Part shown: piece by piece, positions 1 through 12,122 of the stretch | Layout: each line of letters begins with the position of its first letter | Numbering within the stretch: the first letter of the stretch is position 1 | Source: Macrostomum hystrix | Taxonomy: Eukaryota > Animalia > Platyhelminthes | Reading direction: 5' to 3' | Assembly (NCBI GenBank): GCA_950097015.1 | Contig: CATNEN010000038.1 | Coordinates: 30,256,001 to 30,320,000 of the forward strand | DNA length: 64,000 nucleotides | Translations under genes and position numbers: made by a program | Notes under the pieces: model-generated | Database searches by the model: none | What the model was told of the DNA's origin: nothing | The model's input: the letters and a program-made list of their open reading frames with translations, nothing else

Positions 1-126
1 GGACACAAATTATATCATTAGAGTCAGGAATCGAAGCCCAACCTTTAGGCTACAACCGCTCCTACAGTTAAAAATAAGCAAGCTACTCTACTGACAGTAA
101 AGCAAAAGGAAACGGTTCTGTCTCAC

Positions 127-288
127 CCTGTGGCTCGGCAAAGTCGTAGTCGCTAATGTAGAAAACACCTTTCCTGTAGATTATTTCCTGGGCGATGATG
201 GCGAAACTGTAAACGTCTCCTTCGCGAGTGCCTTCGGCTGGACCATTGGGCATACTTCTGAGAAGCTCTGGTGCAGTCCAAAGTTTGT
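127..288 (-). CDS. Receptor guanylyl cyclase constant exon C5 (kinase-homology domain); gene continues beyond the left edge, cyclase domain not in window
   Basis: Acceptor cacgcag|AC at 288, donor G|gtgaga at 127; 162 nt, phase 1 to phase 1; translates (N)[43 protein letters not shown], the typical NPR-A/B KHD subdomain VIII-IX. Confidence 0.93.
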
Positions 289-382
289 CTGCGTGTACAC
301 AGGTTGTTTTTATATTATGTAGGATTCTCGATTGATGAAGAGATATTGTGAAGGCAGTAATTCACATTATAAAATACACACA

Positions 383-675
383 GAGGGCAAGTGGCAGAGC
401 GGTAAACACGTTTGCCTCTCGCACCAAGGTCCCTGAGCTCGATTCCGCGGCGAGGCCACATTCAATTTTGGGCGCTGCCGCGGAGAGAAGGCTTGGGGAC
501 TTGTCGTGCATTATAAATCTACGACAATAATAAAACCCCGAAGTCAAAATGAGGGTGTACACTGCCAGACAATGAGAAAGTCAGAGCAGATGTAAACTTA
601 AATGTGAGGATGTGCTTGAGTCCGATATCTGTGCATGTGTGCTCAGGAGTCAGTGGAGTGGGCAGAATTGCTCCA
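383..675 (+). mobile_element. SINE family B copy
   Basis: gtggcagagcggtaaac..gagctcgattccgcggcgaggccac..gcagaattgc. Confidence 0.78.
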
Positions 676-1950
676 CCCTCCTAGAAATTATATAAAGCCA
701 AATTATTATAGGAATGCACAATTATAATAGATAATATTAGTAATATAGTATGTTTATGTGCTTGCTTTTTGTTAGATACGAAGATCACAACATGATGATC
801 GATGCAAAATAGTTCAATCAAATTAAGAGGCTTGGTCAGAAAATTAAAATTATTTTGAAACATAATAGGTGAAATAACATGTTTATAAGTTCAAAGTTGA
901 TCGGAAATCGAACCCCCGTCCCGTAAGTCATGTGTACGACGCTATAACAACTAGATAAATTGACCCTAATTTTCTAGGTGAATTTTCTTTGCGTTGCTAA
1001 ATTTCTTTTTATTATCAGATGTCTCCCATAAATATTTATTAAGGCTTTGTTTTACTAGTTAATCAAAATAACAAAAATTTAAGTTAATTATTCTGCCATT
1101 ATAAAAAGAACTACACGCAAGGAACAGATAAGTAAAGGTTGTTAGATAAAATATAGTTGAATTTTTCGAATTTTTTATTAAACAAGAAGTATATTATTAA
1201 GGACCACTAGAATTTAGAATTTCTATGACTAGTGGCCCTCGCTAATCATATTAACTGCTTCGAAATTTACGATCAGTAGGGATGTGAAGATTAGGAGAAA
1301 AAATATGAACAGAAAGCTTCAGATTTAGACTGACCAAGCAAAGCGCAGTTAAACAAATTTCGTTACTTAATTCAACGCCGCGATCATACTCAAACGGTTG
1401 AGTAGTCACCCTCTGATTTTCACTGACAATACATTTTTTCATAGTAATCCAAGGACTTCTATATATAGCACGCATAACAGGTGCTTTATTCAGAAGTCCT
1501 TGGTCCGCGCTGCGTCCAATTACCTTATCTTGTTTTTCTGACTAGCTGAACCGATTATAACCGTTTGATTATAAGCGGAGCAATAATTTTAAATACAATG
1601 TTTTGTACTTGAAAAAGCTGTCTGGGCGCATTGGCAGTTGGCACACGACCAGAAAAAATTTGCCTGTTTACCGTAGAATTGTCCTGAAATTTTAAACAGT
1701 GACGATGGGAATTTCATGCAGGCTTCAGTGCATATATACTTGTAATATTTATTACTAAGAAATATAGAAATCAAAACGAATTCATCAACAATTTTTGCTA
1801 AACACAGAAAGCTTCGATATATCAATCACAGCTGCATAATGGATTAAATGGCATTAGTCTGATAACAAGAGCTTTCTAACATCTAGTTGTAATCTTGTTT
1901 TGTTTAACCGAATTAGAAAAAATGCATTTTGCATGCAGTTATCCTACAGG

Positions 1951-2951
1951 CAAAGCTGCTTCAATTCTAGTTCTAAACCTTGCTGCGATTCTAGTTCTAA
2001 ACCTTGCTGCGATTCTAGTTCTAAACCTTGCTGCGATTCCAGTTATGAACCTTGCTGCGATTCTAGTTCTAAACCTTGCTGCGATTCTAGTTCTAAACCT
2101 TGCTGCGATTCTAGTTCTAAACCTTGCTGCGATTCCAGTTATGAACCTTGCTGCGATTCTAGTTCTAAACCTTGCTGCGATTCTAGTTCTAAACCTTGCT
2201 GCAATTCTAGCTCTGAACCTTGCTGCGATTCCAGTTATGAACCTTGCTTCGATTCTAGTTCTGAACCTTGCTGCGATTCCAGTTATGAACCTTGCTGCGA
2301 TTCTAGTTCTAAACCTTGCTGCGATTCTAGTTCTAAACCTTGCTGCGATTCCAGTTCTAAACCTTGCTGCGATTCTAGTTCTAAACCTTGCTGCGATTCT
2401 AGTTCTAAACCTTGCTGCGATTCCAGTTATGAACCTTGCTGCGATTCTAGTTATGAACCTTGCTGCGATTCTAGTTCTAAAGCTTGCTGCAATTCTAGCT
2501 CTGAACCTTGCTGCGATTCTAGTTATGAACCTTGCTTCGATTCTAGTTCTGAACCTTGCTGCGATTCCAGTTATGAACCTTGCTGCGATTCTAGCTCTGA
2601 ACCTTGCTGCGATTCCAGTTATGAACCTTGCTGCGATTCTAGTTCTAAACCTTGCTGCGATTCTAGTTCTAAACCTTGCTGCGATTCTAGTTCTAAACCT
2701 TGCTGCGATTCCAGTTATGAACCTTGCTGCGATTCTAGTTCTAAACCTTGCTGCGATTCTAGTTCTAAACCTTGCTGCGATTCCAGTTATGAACCTTGCT
2801 GCGATTCTAGTTCTAAACCTTGCTGCGATTCTAGCTCTAAACCTTGCTGCGATTCTAGTTCTAAACCTTGCTGCGATTCTAGTTCTAAACCTTGCTGCGA
2901 TTCTAGCTCTGAACCTTGCTGCGATTCTAGCTCTGAACCTTGCTGCGATTC
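1951..2951. repeat. 24-bp minisatellite (TTCTAGTTCTAAACCTTGCTGCGA)n
   Basis: Direct tandem repeat. Confidence 0.95.
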
Positions 2952-3514
2952 TATCTTCGACTTCTCTACGATTCTTTTTCGACTCCTGAGGCGATTCTAT
3001 GTTAGAATTTTTTCTTCGATTTCATGGTTTAACTCCTGCTTTGGTTCTGGGCAGATGTATCTTAGATTTGACATTTACTGAAATTATCATAGCATATGTT
3101 GCTGATAGCGTATGTTCCATCATCAATAGTTCTTTGCGTGAATGCACAATATTATATTGCTAGCTCAAAAGTGCAAATCACGAATCTCCGATAGTACTAG
3201 CGCGTACCAGATGTCAAGCGTTAAGGAGGATCTTATCATCACGATATGGGCATCGATTTCCATACAGGCCCATGATCTGAGTCCCTCGGGTATCTTGCAC
3301 TGTCCACTTGATCTCCACATCCCTGTGAAATTCATCGCTTCAACAGAAACTGTAAAAGCGTATTGCAATTGCAGCATACTAGAGGTTAGAGACGAAATTG
3401 GAAAATTATCCTCCAGAGGCTTGCTAAGGAATGAAATTTTGCATGCTGATTACTGACCCGCACATTTCTAGATGCTCTTTGTGGTAGGCTGGACATTGTA
3501 CACGGTATCAGAAC

Positions 3515-4200
3515 TGTCCTATCCCGTCCTATCCCGTCCTATCCCGTCCTATCCCGTCCTATCCCGTCCTATCCCGTCCTATCCCGTCCTATCCCGTCCT
3601 ATCCCGTCCTATCCCGTCCTATCTTGTCCTATCCTATCCTATCTTGTCCTATCCTATCCTATCCTATCCCATCCTATTCTATCCTATCCTATCCTATCCT
3701 GTCCTATCTTGTCCTATCCTATCCTATCCTATCCTGTCCTATCCTGTCCTATCCTGTCCTATCCTATCCTGTCCTATCCTATCCTATCCTATCCTATCCT
3801 ATCCCGTCCTATCCCGTCCTATCCTGTCCTATCTTGTCCTATCCTATCCTCTCCTATCCTATCCTATCCCATCCTATTCTATCCTATCCTATCCTATCCT
3901 ATCCTATCCTATCTTATCCTATCCTATCCTATCCTATCCTATCCTATCTTATCCTATCCTATCCTATCCTATCCTATCCTATCCTATCCTATCCTATCCT
4001 ATCCTATCCTATCCTATCCTATCCTAGATCCTATCCTATCCTATCCTATCCTATCCTATCCTATTCTTTCTATCCTATCCTATTCTATCATATCCTATCC
4101 TTTTGCATCCTATCCTATCCTATCCTATCCTATCCTTTTGCATCCTATCCTATCCTATCCTATCCTATCCTATCCTATCCTATCCTATCCTATCCTATCC
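3515..4200. repeat. (ATCCCGTCCT)n grading into (ATCCT)n microsatellite
   Basis: Direct tandem repeat. Confidence 0.95.
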
Positions 4201-4564
4201 TGATCAAATCCCGATCTTAAAAACAAAAATCTATATTGAATAAAAAAAATGCAGTGGGCCCACTATCGCCCATATTTATTATTAGAAATTATGGTCGATA
4301 TACAAATTCGCTATTACAAACAGTTCAGTGCAGTCACCTTTGACTCGTGCACTTTTAGAACATCGATTCGCCATGATCACACGTAACTTTTATAATGTAG
4401 CTTATCAATAACTGCAGTCCAAAGTATGTGATCTAGTAAATGCGTACATTTGTATCTCTGCTTTATCTACACATCAACGACTAGCAAAGCAGGCAAATTT
4501 AACCGAAATTTACGACGTAGGAAATTAAAGATTAAAATGTCAACATTCGCAGATAATTACTCAC

Positions 4565-4733
4565 TTCGATAAGATGAATAGTCTGAGTCGTCTCTATCCT
4601 TGAACTCCTTGCTTCCGCGAAGCGAGTGCAACCCGAAGTCCGCTATCTTCAAGCTGAATCTGGAGTCAACCAGACAGTTTGAGGATTTCAAATTGCCATG
4701 GGATCCGAAGCTGTGGTGCAGATAGATCATGCC
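4565..4733 (-). CDS. Receptor guanylyl cyclase constant exon C4 (kinase-homology domain)
   Basis: tgtacag|GGC acceptor and A|gtgagt donor; 169 nt; [39 protein letters not shown] (HGNLKSSNC pseudokinase signature of receptor GCs). Confidence 0.95.
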
Positions 4734-4802
4734 CTGTACACGACAGAGGGGGACTTTTATTAACTACTTGGCTCGAGCATAAATTAATGATAATATTTGC
4801 AA

Positions 4803-5105
4803 GAGGGCTGCGGGCAATGGCACATCATTTGGTGACACTAGACCTGCAGCCAGCGAGGAGGCAATTCTGCCAATTTCGCTGACTCCTGAGCACACATGCA
4901 CACAGATACTGTACGCAGGCATACGCTCACTCAGGTGTGTACATCTGCCCTGACTTTCTCATCGTCAGGCAGTTTACACTCCCACTGCGCCTTGGAGGTT
5001 GGCCCTCAAGGGCGTAAATTGCACGACAAGCCCCCAAGCCTTCTCTTCGCGGCTGCGCCCCAAATGCGAGAGGCAAACGCGTTAGCTGCTCCGCTGCTCA
5101 ACCCC
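4803..5105 (-). mobile_element. SINE family B copy (head partly deleted)
   Basis: Matches the body of 33814-34123. Confidence 0.78.
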
Positions 5106-5168
5106 GGCTTGAGCATGATTTACAATGCACTGGTGCACTGCTCAGGTTATGCGTATTCAATGTCTCAC

Positions 5169-5911
5169 CCGACAGATGTCCAGCATCAAGGAGAACTTGA
5201 ACATCCAATCCAGATTGAGGTTGTCATTTTCCAGGATGTCCTGCAGAGATCCCTTCGGGCAGTACTCGGTCACAAGGCACTCGTTTGGCGAGTCTAGGCA
5301 GGCTCCAATAAACCTGACTATATTATCGGATGCCAAATCTTTTACTCGTTTAATCTCCATCAGAACCTTGTTGTTGACTTCCAGGCGCTTATTCCTCAGG
5401 CAGATCTGCTTCAGGGCCACCAGGTTGCCCTTGTAGTAGGCTGTCTTGGCAAACAACTGCGCCACTGGGATCTGGCTTAACGGTACACCAGCAATAGTCT
5501 CCACGGAATCCTGACTGCTTACAGCGTCGCTAGGCTTTCGTTCGACGATATGGTCGTGTTCTTCATCATCACGCTGCTCCTGCTGCTGCTGCTGCTGCAG
5601 TTGCTGCTGCTCAGTCAAAGCCGGATTCAACGGCTGAGCCTCCTCACCGCAGTGATTGCCGAACGTTAGAACTTTAACGCCGCTCAGCTCTGAGCGTCTT
5701 TCGCGCGCCCTGGAGCTCTGGCTGGCCATGCTGCGTCTGCGCGCGGCCAGCCGCTCGGTGGGCTCCAGCTCGTTCCAGGCTATGCGCCAATTCATTGCGT
5801 GCAGCTCGCTTTCTAGCCGCAGCTTCCTGTAGATGATCACTATCAGCACCGTCAGGACACATATTAGAACTAGTAGGACGATCACGGCGTAGATAGCGAT
5901 CTCGGAGAGGT
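5169..5911 (-). CDS. Receptor guanylyl cyclase constant exon C3 (TM helix, juxtamembrane insert, KHD N-lobe)
   Basis: aattcag|AC acceptor, CGG|gtgaga donor; 743 nt; TM IAIYAVIVLLVLICVLTVLIVIIY, then RKLRLESEL..WRIAWNEL, AYYKGNLVALK, NIVRFIGAC, TEYCPKGSLQDILEN. Confidence 0.95.
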
Positions 5912-6297
5912 CTGAATTGGTTGTATGCATTTTAATTAGCTATCGAGAACAGTCGAAAGCCGATTGGCTGGTCCTTGCGTTTACATTCGAGAATTAATTT
6001 CTCTCTCTGTCCCCTTCAGCCAATCAGCTCTTCGCAGCTTTGCTCTTCCTCCAATGACTGACGTGCTTGTGTATCGCCAAACTCTAGAACGTTTGGGCTT
6101 AAAGGGGTTTACTGAATGCAATACCTCTTATGTTAATATTGGAACCTCAGCCAGAATCGTTAAATATCTCGAAAATAAATTACGGCTGGAATTATCATTG
6201 TTTGGAAATAATTATTTCTCATATGGATATCTTGGTACTTTTACGGACAGGCCATGGACAGAAAAGATGAAATCTAAGCTAACAAAACTTCTCAAAC

Positions 6298-6860
6298 CTT
6301 TCTTGCAGCGCGAATTGTCGAAGCCGCATTTGGGCACATCGGGTGGAGGCAGATTGTCTTTGCTAAACCAGTCGATCACTTTGCCCTTCACTGGTTCGTA
6401 GTCGCCGCTATTGCCATAGTAGTGAGCCACCACGGTGAAGTTCTTGGAGTGCTTATCCATGTCTAGCAGAGAATAGTCTGCATTTCTATCACCGTTGGCG
6501 TTGATACTGACGGTGCCTGTGATGCCCTCGAAAGTGCGACTCTTCATCCTGGAGGTGATGAGCGAGCCGTTCGAGATGCCAGCGAGGCCGTGAGTGGTCA
6601 GGGTGTCGTTGATGGCCAGAGCGTACAGTAGGACGGCGTCGTGAAAGGCCCCGACGAAGCTATTGACCTCCTCTTCGGGATAGTCGAAGCTGTAGTTCTG
6701 CTTGGCGGCCGCTTTAACTTTGTTGCTAAAGTCGCGATATTCGGCACTGTCAGGCTTGCGCAGCGTGATGGTCATCAGGGCGCGGTAGGCCACCGAGGCG
6801 GCTTCGTTTCTAGCGGGCGAATCAGTCTTGCGATACCACGGGCGAGACGTCAGGCGTTCA
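6298..6860 (-). CDS. Receptor guanylyl cyclase constant exon C2 (C-terminal ANF-receptor ectodomain, juxtamembrane Cys pair)
   Basis: ttcgcag|T acceptor (phase 2), AAA G|gtttga donor (phase 1); 563 nt; RPW..AYRALMTITL, GAFHDAVLLYALA, FEGITGTVSINANGDRNADYSLLDM, PPPDVPKCGFDNSRC. Confidence 0.95.
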
Positions 6861-7656
6861 CTGCGAATTCAAGGTTGACGTGCAATCGCGACTTAATCTA
6901 TGGAGTGTCAAACAGGCTAGTTTTGAACTTTAGACGTCTCTGTAAAAAGTGCAGCCTTACCTTAGCTAATCAAAAGGTTTTATCAACTACTATTAGTAGC
7001 TTGATTTACGTTGCTTATCATGAGCCAACTAATATTGCTAATGTCTCGAAACATAGTCTACACTGTTCCTACAGCTTATATCAGTAATGCGTAAACTAAT
7101 ATAGCTCTATTTAGTCCATCGAAAGATTATTTCGCTGTAATTCATCATCAACTGATATAGCACAAAGTCAGCCGCGAACCGTCTGACTGTCATCGGTCAA
7201 TGAAATTATCGCAGATTATCACACAACTCTATCCCAGACCCAACCAGTGCAGGACCTGAACACAGTCCTAGGCCTAGTCATAAACAGTTATATCTATAAC
7301 TAGGTTTGTATCTGCATTCATATTTTTATTACTGTTATTTTTACAGTCATCGATTTCTTTATTCAGCTTCCTCTCTCCTTTTCTTTAGAGCATCGGCTGC
7401 AGCCCTCAAAAAAGTGTACAATAGCCCCCTATTGCCCTTGCTATTGCGAAGAAGCATATTAGCTTCCGTTTGTAGAAGGCATAGGCAGAGAAGGGACCTC
7501 AATAGGACCATTAATCAGGGACAGCTAAAACTGTTCTTTTTCACTGTACTATATACCTCCTTTCCTATGCATCTCTATATAACTATGCACGAAGATTTAT
7601 AAAATAAATGAGACTTTGAGTCTACTATAGTCTATGATTTCTAATAAAAGGGCCAG

Positions 7657-7900
7657 GTGTGCAGTCGACAGCACAGCCGCAGCTATTGCGCGGCGCATCT
7701 GAAAGCTGCGTACGGCTGTTCAGTCCATGGACTGGGGGGACGCCACACCCACCTTCAATTATCCCAGCTGATGCTGGCACCCATTTAACAGCTGGGTGAA
7801 CTGAAGCACTGCATATTTCAGTGTCTTTCTAACGGACACAAATTGTTCCAGTGGAGTCGAGAATCGAACCCCCGACCTTCAAATCGTTAGTCCGACGATC
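7657..7900 (-). mobile_element. SINE family A copy
   Basis: Aligns by eye with 39200-39473 (gctgttcagtccatggact..gaatcgaacccccgaccttcaa). Confidence 0.8.
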
Positions 7901-8769
7901 TAAAATCGTTGACTTTTTTGTTCCATTTGAAAGGCTATTTTTAGCGCGAGCACTTGAATTCGGAGTGTTGTGTTTGAATTTTTAGTTTACTTCATGCCAC
8001 TGCTTCAGTTATTGACTTAGAGTACAGAGAGTGGACCAGGGAGTGAAATATTAATACTGTCGCAGTACTGAGCTAAACAAGCATACTCACTATAGTTATT
8101 TTTAGTGTGCAATTAGAGCTGGAAATTAACTAAAATTCTCCCAGCAATTTTCTCATTTTAGACTGTTTGCTTCAGCCGAACGCATCTGAAGGCTGTTCAG
8201 TCCATGGACTCGGAGAGACGCCACACGCAACCATAACAGCAGGATGAATTGAGGCCATGTGGAGTTCAGTGTCTTGCTCAAATAGTTCTCTAACTTTGGG
8301 TGGTTCCTTCAAAAGTTTCACCTCGCGAAAAATCGGCTAATAAGTTTGGTCACGCGTGTAATTGAGAAGTAGTCAAAGCATTATAATCCGAATTAAGCCT
8401 ATTCTAATATCAAATTGCATCGCGTCAGGGCATCATGGGTAATTGATGTTTTATGTAACCATTTTTGTGAGTCATTCAATACAAAAAATTTGCCTTTTGG
8501 GCAAAAAAAGGAATGTTCTGTAGGCAATATTCAGTCGAATGGCAATTATAGTAATGAAAGTGCAGCAAATTGGGGCGCTTAAAGCTTTTTAATGGTTGCT
8601 TTTAAGACGTCAAGATGCAATCGAAGACGAAATGGTCAACGACGTGATTGACGACCCTCTATATATATTTAGCAAATGAGCGTTATAAGCGTTGTCTAAC
8701 ATTTAGGCAAAAAATACTGCTTTATCTAAAGCTGCTTCTTAAGTACCCTGTTAGACTTGGTGATATCTC

Positions 8770-9780
8770 ACAGGTAGATCCCAATATCTAGCAGTTAGAT
8801 CCTAATATCTAACACCCAGATCCCAGTGTCTAACAGGTAGATCCTAATGTCTAAAACCTAGATCCCAATATCTAACAGGTAGATCCCAATGTCTAACACG
8901 TACAACCCAATGTCTAACACCCAGATCCCAATATCTAACAGGTAGATCCCAGTGTCTAACACCCAGATCCCAATGTCTAACACCCAGATCCCAATGTCTA
9001 ACACGTAGATCCCAATGCCTAACACCCAGATCCCAATATCTAACAGGTAGATCCCAGTGTCTAACAGGTAGATCCCAACATCTAACAGCTGTAGATCCTA
9101 ATATCTAGCAGTTGAATCCTAATATCAAAACCCAGATCCCAATGTCTAACAGGTAGATCCCAATGTCTAACAGGCAGATCCCAATATCTAACAGGTAGAT
9201 CCCAGTGTCTAACACCCAGATCCTAATGTCTAACACGTAGATCCCAATGCCTAACACCCAGATCCCAATATCTAACAGGTAGATCCCAATGTCTAACAGG
9301 CAGATCCCAATATCTAACAGGTAGATCCCAGTGTCTAACACCCAGATCCTAATGTCTAACACGTAGATCCCAATGCCTAACACCCAGATCCCAATATCTA
9401 ACAGGTAGATCCCAGTGTCTAACAGGTAGATCCCAACATCTAACAGCTGTAGATCCTAATATCTAGCAGTTGAATCCTAATATCAAAACCCAGATCCCAA
9501 TGTCTAACAGGTAGATCCCAATGTCTAACAGGCAGATCCCAATATCTAACAGGTAGATCCCAGTGTCTAACACCCAGATCCTAATGTCTAACACGTAGAT
9601 CCCAATGCCTAACACCCAGATCCCAATATCTAACAGGTAGATCCCAATGTCTAACAGGCAGATCCCAATATCTAACAGGTAGATCCCAGTGTCTAACACC
9701 CAGATCCTAATGTCTAACACGTAGATCCCAATGCCTAACACCCAGATCCCAATATCTAACAGGTAGATCCCAGTGTCCAA
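8770..9780. repeat. 21-bp minisatellite (AGATCCCAATATCTAACAGGT) with 358-bp higher-order duplication
   Basis: Tandem units; variant pattern recurs at offset 358 (9063 vs 9421). Confidence 0.9.
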
Positions 9781-9793
9781 CAGGCCATCTCAC

Positions 9794-9905
9794 CTGCTGA
9801 ACAGATCGATATTGAAGAACACGTATTCGCCGTTGATGAAGCCGAGTTCGTGAGCCTTGATCATGATCTCCCGTACAGTGTCAGGGTCGGCGCATAGGAC
9901 GACAA
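9794..9905 (-). CDS. Receptor guanylyl cyclase constant exon C1 (first shared exon; not in ORF track)
   Basis: cctattcag|TT acceptor (phase 1), AGCAG|gtgaga donor (phase 2); 112 nt; xVVLCADPDTVREIMIKAHELGFINGEYVFFNIDLFS, homologous to NPR 'VIYIC...DYVFF.LD.F'. Confidence 0.93.
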
Positions 9906-10229
9906 CTGAATAGGAAGAAAATTAGGAATTTTGAGATTTTGTTGGGGATTTTTTCGTGACAAGAGAAAAAATTCAGACGAAATTCAGGAACAGCTGTTTG
10001 TGAATGCTGTTCTTTTAATTAGTGATTCATCCAGGATATTGAATGAATAATTTTAGTTTTTAGAATCATTAAAATCTGAAGAAAAACAGAAGACACGAAT
10101 GTATAAATCATTCATAATAAAAAAATTGACTTTATTTCCACGAGTTGATTAAAAACTAAGACAAAGACTAAAATCTCTTTCAAGCCATGACCATGCTCCT
10201 TCTTACCCGTCCTCCATTATATCCTTAAC

Positions 10230-11398
10230 TCTTTCCCTGCCCTTCTCTTCCTGTCCTTCTCTTCCTGTCCTTCTCTCCCTGTCCTTCTCTCCCTGTCCTT
10301 CTCTCCCTGCCCTTCTCTCTTTGTCCTTCTCTCCCTGCCCTTCTCTTCCTGTCCTTCTCTCCCTGCCCTTCTCTCCCTGCCCTTCTCCATCTGTCCTTCT
10401 CTCCCTGTCCTTCTCTTCCTGTCCTTCTCTTCCTGTCCTTCTCTCCCTGTCCTTCTCTTCCTGTCCTTCTCTCCCTGCCCTTCTCTCTCTGCTCTTCTCT
10501 CTCTGTCCTTCTCTCCCTGCCCTTCTCCATCTGTCCTTCTCTCCCTGTCCTTCTCTCCCTGTCCTTCTCTTCCTGTCCTTCTCTTCCTGTCCTTCTCTCC
10601 CTGTCCTTCTCTTCCTGTCCATCTCTCTCTGTCCTTCTCTCTCTGCTCTTCTCTCTCTGTCCTTCTCTCCCTGCCCTTCTCTCTTTGTCCTTCTCTCCCT
10701 GCCCTTCTCTCCCTGTCCTTCTCTCCCTGTCCTTCTCCCCTGTCCTTCTCTCCCTGTCCTTCTCTCCCTGTCCATCTCTCTCTGTCCTTCTCTCTCTGCT
10801 CTTCTCTCCCTGTCCTTCTCTCCCTGCCCTTCTCTCTTTGTCCTTCTCTCCCTGCCCTTCTCTTCCTGTCCTTCTCTCCCTGCCCTTCTCTCTCTGTTCT
10901 TCTCTCCCTGCCCTTCTCTTCCTGTCCTTCTCTTCCTGTCCTTCTCTCCCTGCCCTTCTCTCTCTGTTCTTCTCTCCCTGCCCTTCTCTCCCTGTCCTTC
11001 TCTCCCTGTCCTTCTCTCCCTGTCCTTCTCCCCTGTCCTTCTCTCCCTGTCCTTCTCTCCCTGTCCATCTCTCTCTGTCCTTCTCTCTCTGCTCTTCTCT
11101 CTCTGTCCTTCTCTCCCTGCCCTTCTCTCTTTGTCTCTCTCTCTTCTCTCTGACCTTCTCTCCCTGTCCTTCTCTCCCTGTCCTTCTCTCCCTGTCCTTC
11201 TCTCCCTGCCCTTCTCTCTTTGTCCTTCTCTCCCTGCCCTTCTCTTCCTGTCCTTCTCTCCCTGTCCTTCTCTTCCTGTCCTTCTCTTCCTGTCCTTCTC
11301 TCCCTGCCCTTCTCTCTTTGTCCTTCTCTCCCTGCCCTTCTCTCCCTGTCCTTCTCTCCCTGCCCTTCTCTCCCTGTCCTTCTCTTCCTGTCCTTCTC
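10230..11398. repeat. 15-bp pyrimidine-rich minisatellite (CCTGTCCTTCTCTCC-like)
   Basis: Direct tandem repeat. Confidence 0.95.
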
Positions 11399-12122
11399 AT
11401 TATAACCTTTCGCACTTGACTTCAATTCCGCGCCAGCAAGCGGACGAAGCACATTTCCTAAATGGAAAGAAAAGTACAAATCAGAGGCACAGCCTTTGAC
11501 ATTCTGTTTGGGCCTGTCCGACAAAATTGAAATCAGGCACTACAGCCCCAAGGCATGTTGCCATGCAGCCAAAATGGGAAAAGAAAAAAGATGTTATATA
11601 ATGGAATTTGATTGGACGAGGTGAGAAATGAGAAAATTGAAAAGGCAGCTCAGAATGGAATGCAAACTCTTATTCCAAATGTACCCCGCTGTGTGTCATC
11701 CATGAATATGACATTGAAGAGTGTCTATGTACTCACATGTACTCGTATTAGAGTAGTATAGAGTCTCATCCTAACTAGCTTTTCTTTCACACTAAGGCGT
11801 CACTGAGCCTATAGGAAGCTGCTAAGATTATGCTACTTAAATCCGATAGTACGAGAATATAATGGGCTTATGTCTGATGCAGCAGTTCTTAAAGAAAGTA
11901 AGGCTTTATTGGACACATACACAGCTTAGCAATAACCGCAAAGTCGGGAGGGCTGAAGGCTGTATTAAAGATGGGATGAAAAAGTAAAAGATTTTGAAAA
12001 TATTGATGTGAACATATTGTGAAGGCTACAAGTACAAATATTAACAGAATGAGAAGGAATTGAAATACCGCAGACTGCGTACGGCTGTTCAGTCCATGGA
12101 CTGGGGGGACGCTACACACGAT

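Noticed and set aside
1895-3081. Long Cys/Ser-rich (keratin-associated/metallothionein-like) and LNLAAI ORFs
   Set aside because: Translation of a 24-bp minisatellite inside a GC intron; open in several frames, no splice or signal evidence
10203-11524. R/E/G-rich and L/S/P-rich 200-435 aa ORFs
   Set aside because: 15-bp pyrimidine repeat without stop codons, open on both strands
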